Below, in pieces: positions 40,423 through 50,898 of a DNA stretch of 64,000 nt. Every line of letters begins with the position of its first letter. Positions within the stretch are counted from its first letter, which is position 1. This stretch comes from Candidatus Poriferihabitaceae bacterium (GTDB taxonomy: Bacteria; Pseudomonadota; Gammaproteobacteria; Arenicellales; Poriferihabitantaceae). Location: the NCBI GenBank assembly GCA_965203265.1, contig CBDBBV010000002.1, positions 2,072,207-2,136,206 on the forward strand, in the 5' to 3' direction. The translations under genes were made by a program, and so were the position numbers. Below the pieces are notes generated by a model that saw nothing but the letters and a program-made list of their open reading frames with translations, had not been told where the DNA came from and ran no database searches.

Positions 40423-41427
40423 TCACTCGCACAAGCTGCGAATTTTCGCCACCAACTCGGCGTTGATGCGGCGCTCGCCGTGGTCTTCGCGGTTGCTGTG
40501 GCGGCGCTGGCCGGGCAGGCGCGCGCCCGCCAGCGCATCGAATCTCGCGAAGAATTCCTCGGCGTGCTGCGCCCAACCCGCTCCGGCGATGCGCTCGGGC
40601 GACAACGCCAGCAGGAATTCGCCGCCGCGCGGCGGTCCGCCGTCTTGGTTGTCGGCTTGCGCGGCCTCGTAGCTGAAACGCTCGCCGATGAGCGCCGCCG
40701 CCAGCAATTCCACCATCAGCGAGATCGCCGAGCCCTTGTATCCGCCGAACGGCAACAGCACTCCGCCCGTGGCGATGGCCGCCGGATCGGTGGTCGGTTC
40801 GCCGGCGGCGTTCAAGCCGGTGCCGAGCGGCACTTCGTGGCCGTCGCGCGCGGCGATCTGCACCTCGCCCATCGCCATGGCGGCGGTCGCCATGTCGTAC
40901 ACCACTGGGCGGTTGCCGGGGCGCGGCCAAGCGAACGAGATCGGGTTGGTGCCGAACAACGCGCTGGATGCTCCGGCCGGCGCCACCGCCGGAGTGTAGG
41001 CGGTGCAGGCGAGGGCGGCGAGGCCGTGCTCGGCGATGGCTTCGGTTTCGTGCCACAACGCCGCGAAGTGGTGCACGCGCACGAGGGCGAGCACCGCCAC
41101 GCCGGTTTCCGTGGCGGCCTGCGCCAATTTCGGTATGGCGTACTGCAACGCCAGCGGGGCGAAGCCGTTGCCGCCATCTACGCGCAGTACCGCCGAACTT
41201 GGCAGTTCGACGCGCGGTACGGCGGCGCCGTCCACCTTGCCGCTGCGCAGCGCCGCCACATAGCCGGGGATTCGGAACAACCCGTGCGACAACGAGCCGT
41301 CGCGCTCGGCGTGGCTGACGGTGGTGGCGACCGCCTCGGCGTTGGCGTGGTCGCAGCCGTTGTGCGCGAGGCAGTCGCGCGCGAGGGTGTGGATTTGCTT
41401 CAGGGTCATCGATACGGTGTCGGTCAT
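40423..41427 (-). CDS. Ldh_2 family (malate/L-sulfolactate) oxidoreductase
   Basis: SHGLFRIPGY, GTNPISFAWP, DMAT, PFGGYKGS. Confidence 0.9.
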   Translation of the reverse strand: MTDTVSMTLKQIHTLARDCLAHNGCDHANAEAVATTVSHAERDGSLSHGLFRIPGYVAALRSGKVDGAAVPRVELPSSAVLRVDGGNGFAPLALQYAIPKLAQAATETGVAVLALVRVHHFAALWHETEAIAEHGLAALACTAYTPAVAPAGASSALFGTNPISFAWPRPGNRPVVYDMATAAMAMGEVQIAARDGHEVPLGTGLNAAGEPTTDPAAIATGGVLLPFGGYKGSAISLMVELLAAALIGERFSYEAAQADNQDGGPPRGGEFLLALSPERIAGAGWAQHAEEFFARFDALAGARLPGQRRHSNREDHGERRINAELVAKIRSLCE

Positions 41428-41584
41428 GGCGGGGTTCTCCGGTGCGCGTTGCGCGTTTTTGCGGGGCGGGGGAGTATAGCCGAGGCGGGCGGCGGGGGTG
41501 ATCCGATCCCTGCGTGTCCTGCGCGGCGGCGGTGTTTCGTGCTAGATTGCGTCCACTGATATTCATGTCCGCACAGTTACCTCA

Positions 41585-42838
41585 TTGACCACCACCCAGC
41601 AAAAACAACCGGCGGCGCCGGTTCTGGATGTGGCCGCCGTTCGCGCCCAGTTTCCGATTCTCGCGCGGCGAATTCGGGGTGCTCCGCTGGTGTATCTGGA
41701 TAACGGCGCTTCCTCGCAGAAACCCCAATGCGTCATCGACACGGTGGCGCGTTATTACCGGGAATTCAACGCCAACATTCATCGCGGAGTTCACCACCTC
41801 AGTCAGGAGGCGACGCAGGCATTCGAGGACGCGCGGGAAGTCATCCGCGCGCACATCAACGCCGAGCACGCGCGCGAGGTGGTGTTGACCGCCGGTACCA
41901 CCGAGAGCATCAATCTGGTGGCGTCATCCTGGGGGCGCGCCCATCTTCAGGCGGGGGACGAGGTGGTCATATCTACTCTGGAGCATCATTCCAATATCGT
42001 GCCGTGGCAGTTGATCTGCGAGGAACGGCGGGCGCGGTTGCGAGTGGTGCCGATCACTCGATCCGGCGAATTGCGGATGGATGCCTTCGAGGCGATGTTG
42101 TCGGCGCGCACCGCGCTGGTGGCCATCGCCCATGTATCCAACGCGCTGGGTACGATCAATCCGGTGCAGGAGGTGATCGATCTGGCGCACGCCAGAGGCA
42201 TTCCGGTGCTGCTGGACGGCGCGCAGGCGGCGCCGCATCTCCCCATCGATGTGCGCGCCCTCGATGTGGATTTCTATGCGTTTTCCGGGCACAAGGTGTT
42301 TGCCCCGACCGGAGTCGGCGTGCTGTACGGCAAGGAATCGTTGCTGGCCGACATGCCGCCGTATCAGGGCGGCGGCGAGATGATCGAGCAGGTAACCTTC
42401 GAGAAGACCACCTTCGCCGACCTGCCGCACAAGTTCGAGGCCGGCACGCCGAACATAGTCGGCGGCATCGGTTTGGGCGCGGCGATTTCCTGGTTCGGCC
42501 AGTTCGACTCGGACGCAGTGGCCGCCCACGAGCAGGATGTGCTCGAATATGCCACTGCACGGCTCGGCGCGATCGAGAACGTGCGCCTCATCGGCACGGC
42601 GCGGCACAAGGCTTGCGTGATTTCATTTCTGGTCGAGGGCAGCCATCCGTTCGACATCGGCGCCATCCTCGACCAACAGGGGATCGCCGTGCGCACCGGC
42701 CACCATTGCACCCAGCCGCTGATGGATTTCTACGACACCCCCGGCACAGTGCGCGCCTCCTTCGCGCTGTACAACAATCGCGCCGATGTGGACGCGCTGG
42801 CGGCGGGGGTCGAGCGTGCCGTGCGGATGCTCGGCTGA
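41585..42838 (+). CDS. sufS: Cysteine desulfurase SufS
   Basis: YLDNGASSQKP, FSGHK, RTGHHCTQP. Confidence 0.95.
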   Translation: MTTTQQKQPAAPVLDVAAVRAQFPILARRIRGAPLVYLDNGASSQKPQCVIDTVARYYREFNANIHRGVHHLSQEATQAFEDAREVIRAHINAEHAREVVLTAGTTESINLVASSWGRAHLQAGDEVVISTLEHHSNIVPWQLICEERRARLRVVPITRSGELRMDAFEAMLSARTALVAIAHVSNALGTINPVQEVIDLAHARGIPVLLDGAQAAPHLPIDVRALDVDFYAFSGHKVFAPTGVGVLYGKESLLADMPPYQGGGEMIEQVTFEKTTFADLPHKFEAGTPNIVGGIGLGAAISWFGQFDSDAVAAHEQDVLEYATARLGAIENVRLIGTARHKACVISFLVEGSHPFDIGAILDQQGIAVRTGHHCTQPLMDFYDTPGTVRASFALYNNRADVDALAAGVERAVRMLG

Positions 42839-42858
42839 GCCGCTGAGCCGCGCGCGCC

Positions 42859-43278
42859 GTGAACATCAATCAGGTACAGGACGCCATCATCGAGGAATTC
42901 GGCGTTTTCGAGCAGTGGATGGACAAGTATGAATACCTCATCGAGCTGGGCAGGAATCTGCCGGTCATCGACGACCGATACAAAACCGAGGCGCACCTGA
43001 TTCGCGGCTGCCAGAGCCGAGTGTGGCTGCGGGCGGAAATGCGCCACGGCACCATCGCCTTCACCGCCGACAGCGACGCCGTCATCACCAAGGGCATCAT
43101 CGCCCTGTTGGTGCGGGTGCTGGCCGAGCAAAAACCGGAGGACATCGCCGCCGCCGAACTCTATTTCATCGACGCCATCGGCCTGCGGGAACACCTCTCC
43201 GCAACCCGCGCAAACGGCTTGGTGAATATGGTGAACACTCTCAGATCCATCGGCGAACAATTCAGCAAGGCGCACTAG
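42859..43278 (+). CDS. sufE: Sulfur acceptor SufE
   Basis: IRGCQSRVW, DSDAVITKG, LSATRANGL. Confidence 0.94.
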   Translation: MNINQVQDAIIEEFGVFEQWMDKYEYLIELGRNLPVIDDRYKTEAHLIRGCQSRVWLRAEMRHGTIAFTADSDAVITKGIIALLVRVLAEQKPEDIAAAELYFIDAIGLREHLSATRANGLVNMVNTLRSIGEQFSKAH

Positions 43279-43303
43279 GCGGGGGCGGTTCGCCTTGCCG
43301 CAT

Positions 43304-44041
43304 TCATCCCTCCGCCGTAATAAACCCGTGTAGCCGCTCCGGATCGGGGATGCGATAGCGGCGCACGCCGATCTTGCACAACAGGCCGGCGTTTCGCAGG
43401 GCAGCGATGCGGCGGCTGACGGTTTCGGCGGCAAGGCCGAGCAGGGTTGCGGCATCCGCCAAAGTCATCGGCAGGACGATTTCCACCGCGCCGTCCCCGC
43501 CCGCCGTCTCCCGCGCGCGCCGGGCAATGACCCAGAACAATGCCGCCACCCGACTGGCGGCGTCGGCGGCGTTGAGCAGGGAGGCATCGCGGCGCATCCA
43601 GCTCAGCGAGTCGAGGGAATGCTGCCAGAAACTCTCGGCGAGATGGGGGTGGCCGGCGAAGATCGCCCGCACCGCGGCGGCATCGAAGCAGCACAGCTCG
43701 CACTCGCTCAACGCGAACGCCTGAAAGTTGCGGACATCGCCGCCGCCGACGATTTCCGGCGCGAATAGAATCCCGGCAGTCTGGGTGGAGTCGTTGGGCG
43801 GCGTCAGCTTGACCACGCCTTTGGTGAGATGGGCGATGACGATGCGCGCGCCGTGCCCGAACAGGCGGGCACCGGGGCGCAGCGTGATTCGCCGCCGGTG
43901 GTTGTGAATGGCGTCGCGCTCGGCAACATCGAGCGCGCCCTTGACCGCCGGATGCGTGCCGAGGCATTGCTCGCACACCTCGCCGCCGCCGCCGCACGCC
44001 GCTGTTTCTACCGATTTCCGCATATTCGCCACGCGCGCCAT
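43304..44041 (-). CDS. Crp/Fnr family transcriptional regulator
   Basis: N-terminal Cys cluster, [18 protein letters not shown]. Confidence 0.85.
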   Translation of the reverse strand: MARVANMRKSVETAACGGGGEVCEQCLGTHPAVKGALDVAERDAIHNHRRRITLRPGARLFGHGARIVIAHLTKGVVKLTPPNDSTQTAGILFAPEIVGGGDVRNFQAFALSECELCCFDAAAVRAIFAGHPHLAESFWQHSLDSLSWMRRDASLLNAADAASRVAALFWVIARRARETAGGDGAVEIVLPMTLADAATLLGLAAETVSRRIAALRNAGLLCKIGVRRYRIPDPERLHGFITAEG

Positions 44042-44063
44042 TGTACAAAATACAAAAACAAAA

Positions 44064-44077
44064 ATGATTTATGTCAA
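44064..44077. promoter_or_regulatory. Fnr/NnrR/Dnr-type box between the regulator and nirK
   Basis: ATGAT-ttat-GTCAA versus TTGAT-N4-ATCAA. Confidence 0.7.
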
Positions 44078-44135
44078 TGAACGCACAAGCGCCACGGGTT
44101 ACCCTGCCTGCCGTCTCCAATTCGAGGGTAATGTC

Positions 44136-45242
44136 ATGCGAAAAATCTTCATCATCTGCGCCATCTGCCTACTCCCCACTGCACCGCTCACCCTCGGCGC
44201 CGCCGGCCTGCCCGGCTACGAAGTCGGCACCGAGGCCGATCTCTCCGGCTTGGAGCGTGTCAAGCAAACTCTGGTCGCCCCGCCCTTCGTCCCCGAACAC
44301 GATCAGGTCGCCACCGGCAAACCGAGAATCGTCGAGGTGGAAATGGTCATCGAGGAGAAGGAAATCGAGGTCGAGCCCGGCGTTTTTCTATGGGCATTCA
44401 CCTACAACGGCAGCGTCCCCGGCCCGTTGATCGTGGTGCATGAGGGCGACTATGTCGAACTCACCCTGATCAACCCGAAAACCAACCAACTGCCGCACAA
44501 CATCGACTTCCACGCCTCCACCGGCGCGCTGGGCGGCGGCGAACTGACGCAAGTCGCCCCGGGCCAACAGGTGGTGCTGCGCTGGAAGGCCACCAAAGTC
44601 GGCACCTTCATCTACCACTGCGCCCCCGGCGGCGCGATGATTCCGTGGCATGTGGTGCACGGCATGAACGGCGCAATCATGGTACTGCCCAGAGACGGCC
44701 TGAAGGATGGCGACGGCAACCCGATTCGCTACGATCGCGCCTACTACATCGGCGAGCAGGACTACTACCTGCCGAAGGACGCCAACGGCAAGTACAAGAG
44801 ATACCCCAACCCGCTGGCGTCATTGGCGGACGATCTCAAGGCGATGACCGGCTTGGTGCCAACCCATGTCCCCTTCGGCGCAACCAAAGGCGCGCTCACC
44901 GGCGACAACGCCATGAGCGCCAAAGTGGGCGAGACCGTGTTGTTCGTGCATTCCCAAGCCAACCGCCAAAGCTACCCCCATCTCATCGGCGGCCACGGCG
45001 ATTATGTATGGGAACGCGGCAACTTCGCCGACCCACCGGTTACCGGAATCGAGAGCTGGGTAATCGCCGCGGGCTCGGCCGGCGCCTTCACCTACAAATT
45101 CCACCAACCCGGCACTTATGTATATCTCTCCCACAACCTCATCGAGGCCGTCCTCCTCGGCGCCATCTCGCACATCAAGGTGGATGGGGAGTGGAACAGC
45201 GATTTGATGGATCAGGTGGTGGCGCCTTCACCGGTGGATTAG
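44136..45242 (+). CDS. nirK: Copper-containing nitrite reductase
   Basis: [35 protein letters not shown]. Confidence 0.96.
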   Translation: MRKIFIICAICLLPTAPLTLGAAGLPGYEVGTEADLSGLERVKQTLVAPPFVPEHDQVATGKPRIVEVEMVIEEKEIEVEPGVFLWAFTYNGSVPGPLIVVHEGDYVELTLINPKTNQLPHNIDFHASTGALGGGELTQVAPGQQVVLRWKATKVGTFIYHCAPGGAMIPWHVVHGMNGAIMVLPRDGLKDGDGNPIRYDRAYYIGEQDYYLPKDANGKYKRYPNPLASLADDLKAMTGLVPTHVPFGATKGALTGDNAMSAKVGETVLFVHSQANRQSYPHLIGGHGDYVWERGNFADPPVTGIESWVIAAGSAGAFTYKFHQPGTYVYLSHNLIEAVLLGAISHIKVDGEWNSDLMDQVVAPSPVD

Positions 45243-45431
45243 GGTTGGTAAAAAGATAACTACATGGTTGCAACTGCCTGACAGCAACCATGCTCCTTGT
45301 TGGCTGGCGCAGGAGTGCGCCGGCCATTTTATTGGGTGGGGGTTTTGGGTTTGGGGGGTTGTGGGTGGGAGTGGGGGTGGTTCGGAATGAAAGGACGATG
45401 CAGGAGATTGCCTACACTCCGGTGTGGTTGC

Positions 45432-47141
45432 TTATTTCTGCCCTGTGTCGGTTTCAGTAAGAGATTGCTTTGCGTCCGGCGGACTTGCTGCTTCGGCTGC
45501 GGTTACCGCCATAGCTGAAACCATCGCATTATGCAATTCGAGGAGTTGCCGGATTTGTGTAACTGCGGCATTTTTCTGTTTCGCTTGGGTATCATTATCC
45601 GCTTTCTTTTCGGCATCATTATCCGATTTCTCTTTGGTACCATTTTCCGTTTTCTCTTTGGCATCATTATCCGATTTCTCTTCGGTACCATTTTCCGCTT
45701 TCTTTTCGGCATCATTATCCGATTTCTCTTTGGTACCATTTTCCGTTTTCTCTTTGGCACCATTATCCGATTTCTCTTCGGTACCATTTTCCGCTTTCTT
45801 TTCGCCGTCATTATCCGATTTCTCTTCGGTAAAGGCCCTCCCGATTTTCATGATCAAACGAGCGGTTTCGATGCGCATATTATCTAGTCGCCGCTCAGTC
45901 TCCGCAACGCGGCTCGATCCGGTGGAGCTGAGGGCGACTTGATTGGCGGAATTAAAAACATCTTTCACCTTATCGAGCGCTGATGATTTTCCTCCGCTTG
46001 CGTACTTGATCACTCCCTTGAGCGCCGCTATACCCAATTCCTTATACGCATCCAGCAGGTCGCCCGGACTGTTGTCGTAACTTTTCACATTCCAGTTGCC
46101 AATGTCATCTTTCACGAGCGCCGTGTACATCTTGCCTTGGCCAGCTGTGAACACGGTGTTGATATGGGACCAATAGTTATCGGCGATAACATGCTCGACG
46201 ATTCGCGCCCGATCGGCAATATCGTCCTTCTCCTTTTTAGTCTTTTTATCGGCGATCTCGTTCCACTCGTAGAGATTCAGATATGCTGTCGGCGCGCTGT
46301 CACGCAGATAGACACTATTCGGGAGTTGTTCGCGCAAAATCTCAATCCCACGGGCACCCCTTGCCTGTTTCAACAAGGCATCCGCGCGTGAAACGATTTG
46401 GTTGCCATATTCAGCGGCGACTTGCGCAAAGTTGGTTATAGATTTTCGAATGGTCGAGTCATTATAGGTCATTGCGACCTGATAATCAGTTGCCCAATAC
46501 TCAGCGCGACGCTTGAGATGAGACCCGTAGACCGAAACTTCGGTAAGCAAACTCTCGCAGACGTTCAGATCGACAAAATTCGACTTATCTAAATCAAGTT
46601 CACATTCCTGCAAAATATCGGAACCGGACACTTCGTTGTATTTTTTCAATACTTCGGCGATATCGTTGTGTAATTGCCTGATCGCATAGCATTCAGGGTT
46701 GCTATTATTATCCGAACATCTATTAACCGAGTATGTCACCGTAGGCGAATATGTCGTATTAAGAGAATATGTCAATTCCGTAGGAAAAAATGTCGTCGTA
46801 GACGAATATGTCGTAGTAAGAGAATATGTCAACTCCGTAGGCGAAAATATCGTCGTAGGAGAATAAGTCATACTACCCTGGAGGATTTCCATGGCTCGCA
46901 TGGAATCATCAAAAATTCCCTTCAGCTCGGCAACTTGCACAGCCAGCTCCTTGGAGAGCGGCCCCTTGTAGACCTCGACCTCGACCCGTAGCGTTGCCGA
47001 TTTATCGAAAGTATCAATCTGGGTGTTCGCGAAGGGCGACGGGAAGGGCAACGACGCGCATCCCGCAACCATAATTACAGCTATCAACGCGAGGACAGCA
47101 GGCGTTCGCCGCACGCGGGGCCGGTTACTGTTCATTTGCAC
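45432..47141 (-). CDS. Hypothetical lipoprotein with internal tandem repeats
   Basis: Lipobox MVAGC; 569-aa low-GC ORF. Confidence 0.75.
   Translation of the reverse strand: MQMNSNRPRVRRTPAVLALIAVIMVAGCASLPFPSPFANTQIDTFDKSATLRVEVEVYKGPLSKELAVQVAELKGIFDDSMRAMEILQGSMTYSPTTIFSPTELTYSLTTTYSSTTTFFPTELTYSLNTTYSPTVTYSVNRCSDNNSNPECYAIRQLHNDIAEVLKKYNEVSGSDILQECELDLDKSNFVDLNVCESLLTEVSVYGSHLKRRAEYWATDYQVAMTYNDSTIRKSITNFAQVAAEYGNQIVSRADALLKQARGARGIEILREQLPNSVYLRDSAPTAYLNLYEWNEIADKKTKKEKDDIADRARIVEHVIADNYWSHINTVFTAGQGKMYTALVKDDIGNWNVKSYDNSPGDLLDAYKELGIAALKGVIKYASGGKSSALDKVKDVFNSANQVALSSTGSSRVAETERRLDNMRIETARLIMKIGRAFTEEKSDNDGEKKAENGTEEKSDNGAKEKTENGTKEKSDNDAEKKAENGTEEKSDNDAKEKTENGTKEKSDNDAEKKADNDTQAKQKNAAVTQIRQLLELHNAMVSAMAVTAAEAASPPDAKQSLTETDTGQK
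45590..45830 (-). repeat. Coding VNTR, 48-bp unit (EEKSDNDAEKKAENGT), about 5 copies
   Basis: Repeated cattatccgatttctct..gtaccattttcc. Confidence 0.9.
46740..46870 (-). repeat. Coding tandem repeat, 57-bp unit (Thr/Tyr/Ser-rich), about 2.3 copies
   Basis: TYSPTTIFSPTELTYSLTT / TYSSTTTFFPTELTYSLNT. Confidence 0.8.
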
Positions 47142-48478
47142 ACACCTCTCGTATCGTTTATGTCTTCAACTAGTTTCTTGCATATCACAGTGGCAATATC
47201 TTTTACATTGTCGCTTTGGTTGGAATTAAGCATGTGGTGGACATCAGATATCCTCTTCTGCTCAAGAACAATAGGTGGCAACTCTGAGGCTGTATTTTCG
47301 TGAGAGCTTATTACCCGATTTGAAAGTTCCTTCAATGTTGATATCAACGGTTTGGCCTTGTAACCTACTGACATGGCAAGCATTAGCCGTTCGTCTTGAT
47401 TGAATGTTCGCCACCCTTCCGGCCCAAGCACTTGGAAGCCGCGGCGCACTGGAGCATCATCCGGGCAGTGGATGGATTTCGGCCGACCAGCTTTTGACAG
47501 AATATACTCGATTTCCATGATCATGCTGTCGAATTTATTCTTCTTCAACTGTCCAATTATCGTGGACGCAGTTATGGGTTTCGCCGCATCGGAATTAGGA
47601 GAAAGGACGGCTTGCAACCGATTTTCGCCTTCTGGGGCAAGGGCAAATTTGTTGATAGTTTTTTCAACTGCGCGCATGACAAATCCCGGGCGCCAAAAAT
47701 CAGATGCATAAAAAACAGACAAGTCGTCCCCAAACCCCGTGTTGACGATTTTACCAATCTCTTCCACTGCTACATTTGGAAATGCCATACTCAAAACATT
47801 TACTACCTCGACCTTTAGCAGAGTGGACAGCATTTTGTCGCTCAGGGGTTTCTCCGATCCATCTACTCTGTATGTGTTGCTATTATATTCTTTTGGGCCT
47901 CTAGGGAGCTTTCCAAAAATTTTGATATTGTTCTCAATCTCGGCGGCAAGTAGATTTTTCCCGTTTTGGAGCAGTTTGTTGTCCATGTCGTTATACATTC
48001 TCAGCATAGTTTCCACATGTCGCTTATGGGCCACAAGTTGAGCCTCCGCCTCAATCTCGCGAAGAGGAATCACTCGAGCGCGACCGAGTTCGGGATCAAA
48101 CTCTACTTTCGCACCAAATGGATCAACCTCCCATGCCATTAGCGTTCCCGACTCGAACTGAACTTTGGAGAGCCAGCTGCTACGCCCCTTTCCGGTCATA
48201 CGAAATCGGTAGAGCGAATCCGTTAGGGGCGTGTAAACTTCTTCGAAGTCTCCCCTTTTGAGGTCTCGCGAGACACAGTAGTCGAACACTCGGAAATAGT
48301 ATGTGGTTCGGAACAGGACGTCCTGATCAGCATTAAACGGATTAGCGCCCTTATCGACCGTTGCGCTCGGTGGGCGTTGTTTTACGGGGATGACACAGGC
48401 ACTGAGCAGAACCACGACCGCGGCAGACAAGCAGAATACCGCTAGCGATTGCATAATTTTGTTTCGAGATGATCGCAT
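47132..48478 (-). CDS. Hypothetical lipoprotein
   Basis: RBS ggag, lipobox LLSAC; overlaps the next lipoprotein gene. Confidence 0.75.
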   Translation of the reverse strand: MRSSRNKIMQSLAVFCLSAAVVVLLSACVIPVKQRPPSATVDKGANPFNADQDVLFRTTYYFRVFDYCVSRDLKRGDFEEVYTPLTDSLYRFRMTGKGRSSWLSKVQFESGTLMAWEVDPFGAKVEFDPELGRARVIPLREIEAEAQLVAHKRHVETMLRMYNDMDNKLLQNGKNLLAAEIENNIKIFGKLPRGPKEYNSNTYRVDGSEKPLSDKMLSTLLKVEVVNVLSMAFPNVAVEEIGKIVNTGFGDDLSVFYASDFWRPGFVMRAVEKTINKFALAPEGENRLQAVLSPNSDAAKPITASTIIGQLKKNKFDSMIMEIEYILSKAGRPKSIHCPDDAPVRRGFQVLGPEGWRTFNQDERLMLAMSVGYKAKPLISTLKELSNRVISSHENTASELPPIVLEQKRISDVHHMLNSNQSDNVKDIATVICKKLVEDINDTRGVCK

Positions 48479-48590
48479 GTTGGACTCCTCCAAAGAGAAC
48501 CTATTCACCCACGGTAGCGGTTGTGCGAGCGGAAAAGCAGGCTTTTCTGATGGCTCATAAAAATCGGGAATTACATACTTGACACAGCAT

Positions 48591-48725
48591 TCATTTATGC
48601 AACTGCCCGCCGCCCTCTTTCGGGCGGCGTTTCTTTGTGTCCTTGCGTTTCTCTTTCGGCTTGAATCTCACTACCCTATCCGCAATATGGTCAAGGGCGT
48701 TCTGGTCGAACTTCGGGTCGTTCAC
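48591..48725 (-). CDS. Small basic ORF downstream of the IS1595 transposase
   Basis: GTG overlaps the tnp stop; NDPKFDQNALDHIADRVVRFKPKEK... Confidence 0.5.
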   Translation of the reverse strand: MNDPKFDQNALDHIADRVVRFKPKEKRKDTKKRRPKEGGGQLHK

Positions 48726-49648
48726 TTGATCAAATCCGCGTAGGTCAGCCGCTTTCCGACTGCTTGCCCAATCAGGCTATCCAGCCTATCGAGGGTGTGC
48801 CGCTTCACATTCCCGTCATTCAGCCGGAAAGTGAATTCGTCCACATACCGCCGCAAGTGTTTCGTGCTCATCTGGTGGTAAACCCCGTTGTAGCCGCGCT
48901 TCAGCACCGCCCACACGCTTTCAATCCCGTTCGTGTGCGCCATGCCGTTGACAAACTCCTTTGCCGAATGCCTGACCGTCTTGTGGCGGTAGGCGCTGGC
49001 AAGGCGGGAATATCCGCTATATTCGTCAGTGTAGACAGTCGCTCCGGGTTCGACAGCGCTACCTATTTCGCGGTTTATGGTTTCCGCCGTAGCATTGGGA
49101 ACAGGCTTTGCCTTCGTTTTTCCGCCGCGCTCTCGCATCCCAAGAACCGGCTGCTTGCCTATCATTCCCCGCCCCAAGCGTTTTTTCTTGGATTCGTGCT
49201 TGTTTCTCTCGCTTCCGCCGATATAGATCTCGTCTACTTCAACCGAGCCGGAAAGGGATTGCAGGTCATTCCCGCAAATCTCACGCAGCCGATGAAGCAA
49301 GAACCAAGCGCTTTTCTGCGTAATCCCGACTTCCTTTGAAAGCTGCAGGCTGGATATTCCCTTCCTACTGGTTTGAAGCAGATACATCGCGTACAGCCAC
49401 TTGTCGAGGGGGATATGCGAGCGCTCGAATATTGTGCCAACCCGAACAGTGAATTGCTTGCGGCAATCCCCGCACTGGTGCACGATCGGGCGAGAAACCA
49501 ATCTGTGATTGTGCTTGCTCCCACAATGCGGGCAGGTGATTCCATCCTTCCAGCGGCGAGATTCCAAGTACTTGGCCGCCGAGTTTTCGTCAGGGAATCT
49601 CTTGAAAAAGTCGAAAGCGCTGATGGTGGATTGGCAATTTGCCGTCAT
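48722..49648 (-). CDS. IS1595-family (ISXO2-like) DDE transposase
   Basis: CPHC..CGDC zinc ribbon, VEVDE, YTDE, HTNGIES.W, YVDEFTFRLN. Confidence 0.95.
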   Translation of the reverse strand: MTANCQSTISAFDFFKRFPDENSAAKYLESRRWKDGITCPHCGSKHNHRLVSRPIVHQCGDCRKQFTVRVGTIFERSHIPLDKWLYAMYLLQTSRKGISSLQLSKEVGITQKSAWFLLHRLREICGNDLQSLSGSVEVDEIYIGGSERNKHESKKKRLGRGMIGKQPVLGMRERGGKTKAKPVPNATAETINREIGSAVEPGATVYTDEYSGYSRLASAYRHKTVRHSAKEFVNGMAHTNGIESVWAVLKRGYNGVYHQMSTKHLRRYVDEFTFRLNDGNVKRHTLDRLDSLIGQAVGKRLTYADLIK

Positions 49649-49696
49649 GTCTACAGCCCGTTGATTGCTGGAATTGCAGATACTATCTTGGTATCA

Positions 49697-50335
49697 TCAA
49701 TTCGCTGGCCTTGCGATCGGCGGCATAGTGGTAATCAAACGCCGAGCCGGAAATATGTGGTCAACGCCAGTCTCACGCGAATCATCCCGCGCATTGTAGG
49801 AATCATCTATGCAACGATAAGTGTGCGGGGGTTTCAATTTCCAGTCCCATTTTTTCCCGTCATTGAAGGAGTACCGGATTTTCCACGAAAAAACATCTCG
49901 GTCGAGTATATCATCCGCACTTGGATCCCCGCAAACGGCAAATGAAAGGCTATGACCCTCTATCACTTCTTGGGCGTATTCCGAAATGAGAGCCAGCTCG
50001 TACCCCGGTGGTGGGACCTTACCCGGCGGCAATAGTTCCAGGGTGGGGTAGTGGCTACCCCAACCCCTCGTGTCCAGCCCGTTGGTATTGTAAAGGGTAG
50101 CGGCATGGATGGGGAAAGAGCATTTATTTCTTACGATGACATGAGCGTGATAATAAGAATGTAATTCCTCGTCGTACTCTGTAAGAGTAATACCATCGAC
50201 TTCGAGATCATGGTCGACTTCGATTTCTAAGCAGTGCCGGGCATCATACCCCCGTTCGTGTTTAGCGAAGGCCGCCGGGGAAAAAAGAAAAGCGAGTAAA
50301 AGCGCGAGTATCGAACGCTTGATAATTGAGTACAT
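49697..50335 (-). CDS. Hypothetical secreted protein
   Basis: RBS cagga; signal peptide ending SPAAFA; four Cys. Confidence 0.65.
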   Translation of the reverse strand: MYSIIKRSILALLLAFLFSPAAFAKHERGYDARHCLEIEVDHDLEVDGITLTEYDEELHSYYHAHVIVRNKCSFPIHAATLYNTNGLDTRGWGSHYPTLELLPPGKVPPPGYELALISEYAQEVIEGHSLSFAVCGDPSADDILDRDVFSWKIRYSFNDGKKWDWKLKPPHTYRCIDDSYNARDDSRETGVDHIFPARRLITTMPPIARPAN

Positions 50336-50409
50336 GATAATTTCCTGTTGAATGTTGAAAAAAGGGCGCGCCCGTAAGAGAGCCGGGTGCGCCCCGTGAA
50401 AGGAGTACA

Positions 50410-50862
50410 TCAATATCCGTATTTGCAAGTAAACTGCCCATGGGTTTTCCAGCCATCGCTGATACTCCACAGAACCGCATCATTTTTGCCGCGAGCACCG
50501 CAAACGGCGTAATGCCTAGCCTTTCCGTTGTACATGACAACAGCCCGATTAGTACCATACGCCGGAAGGTGAAAAAGCCCCTCGTAGAATCTTGAATCGC
50601 ACCGGCTAGACCCGCTTTCGCCATGACAAATCCAAACGGCGACGGGGAAGTCGCATATATTTCTAACAGTGCCAAAGTTTGCATCATTTTCCGGTTGCCA
50701 GGCGGCGAAAGAAGGCGGATCATCATCTATGCAGTCCCCTACGGGATTCGCTTCGGCTTCTTCGGGGAAGGAAGCGAGAACAAGGAAAGCGAGAAGAAGC
50801 GGGAAGACCCCGCGCGTAATATTGAATCGGCGTTGACGCCAATTCGACTTTGTTCTGAACAT
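50410..50862 (-). CDS. Hypothetical secreted Cys-rich protein
   Basis: Signal peptide ending EAEA; six Cys; RNICDFPV resembles RNKCSFPI of the neighbour. Confidence 0.65.
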   Translation of the reverse strand: MFRTKSNWRQRRFNITRGVFPLLLAFLVLASFPEEAEANPVGDCIDDDPPSFAAWQPENDANFGTVRNICDFPVAVWICHGESGSSRCDSRFYEGLFHLPAYGTNRAVVMYNGKARHYAVCGARGKNDAVLWSISDGWKTHGQFTCKYGY

Positions 50863-50898
50863 GGGAAATATCCTCAATCAGGTTGTTAGATTGTCGGA

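Larger units (their letters stand above)
48566..49648 (-). mobile_element. IS1595-family element (one TIR at 48566; other end not located)
   Basis: gggaattacatacttgacac lies downstream of the transposase gene. Confidence 0.8.

Noticed and set aside
45590-45830. Possible CRISPR array
   Set aside because: Units are contiguous in-frame coding repeats with no unique spacers; no cas genes in the window.
50155-50170. aagaatgtaattcctc as the missing IS1595 end
   Set aside because: Mismatched terminus, no taaaaatc TSD, and it lies within an intact ORF.
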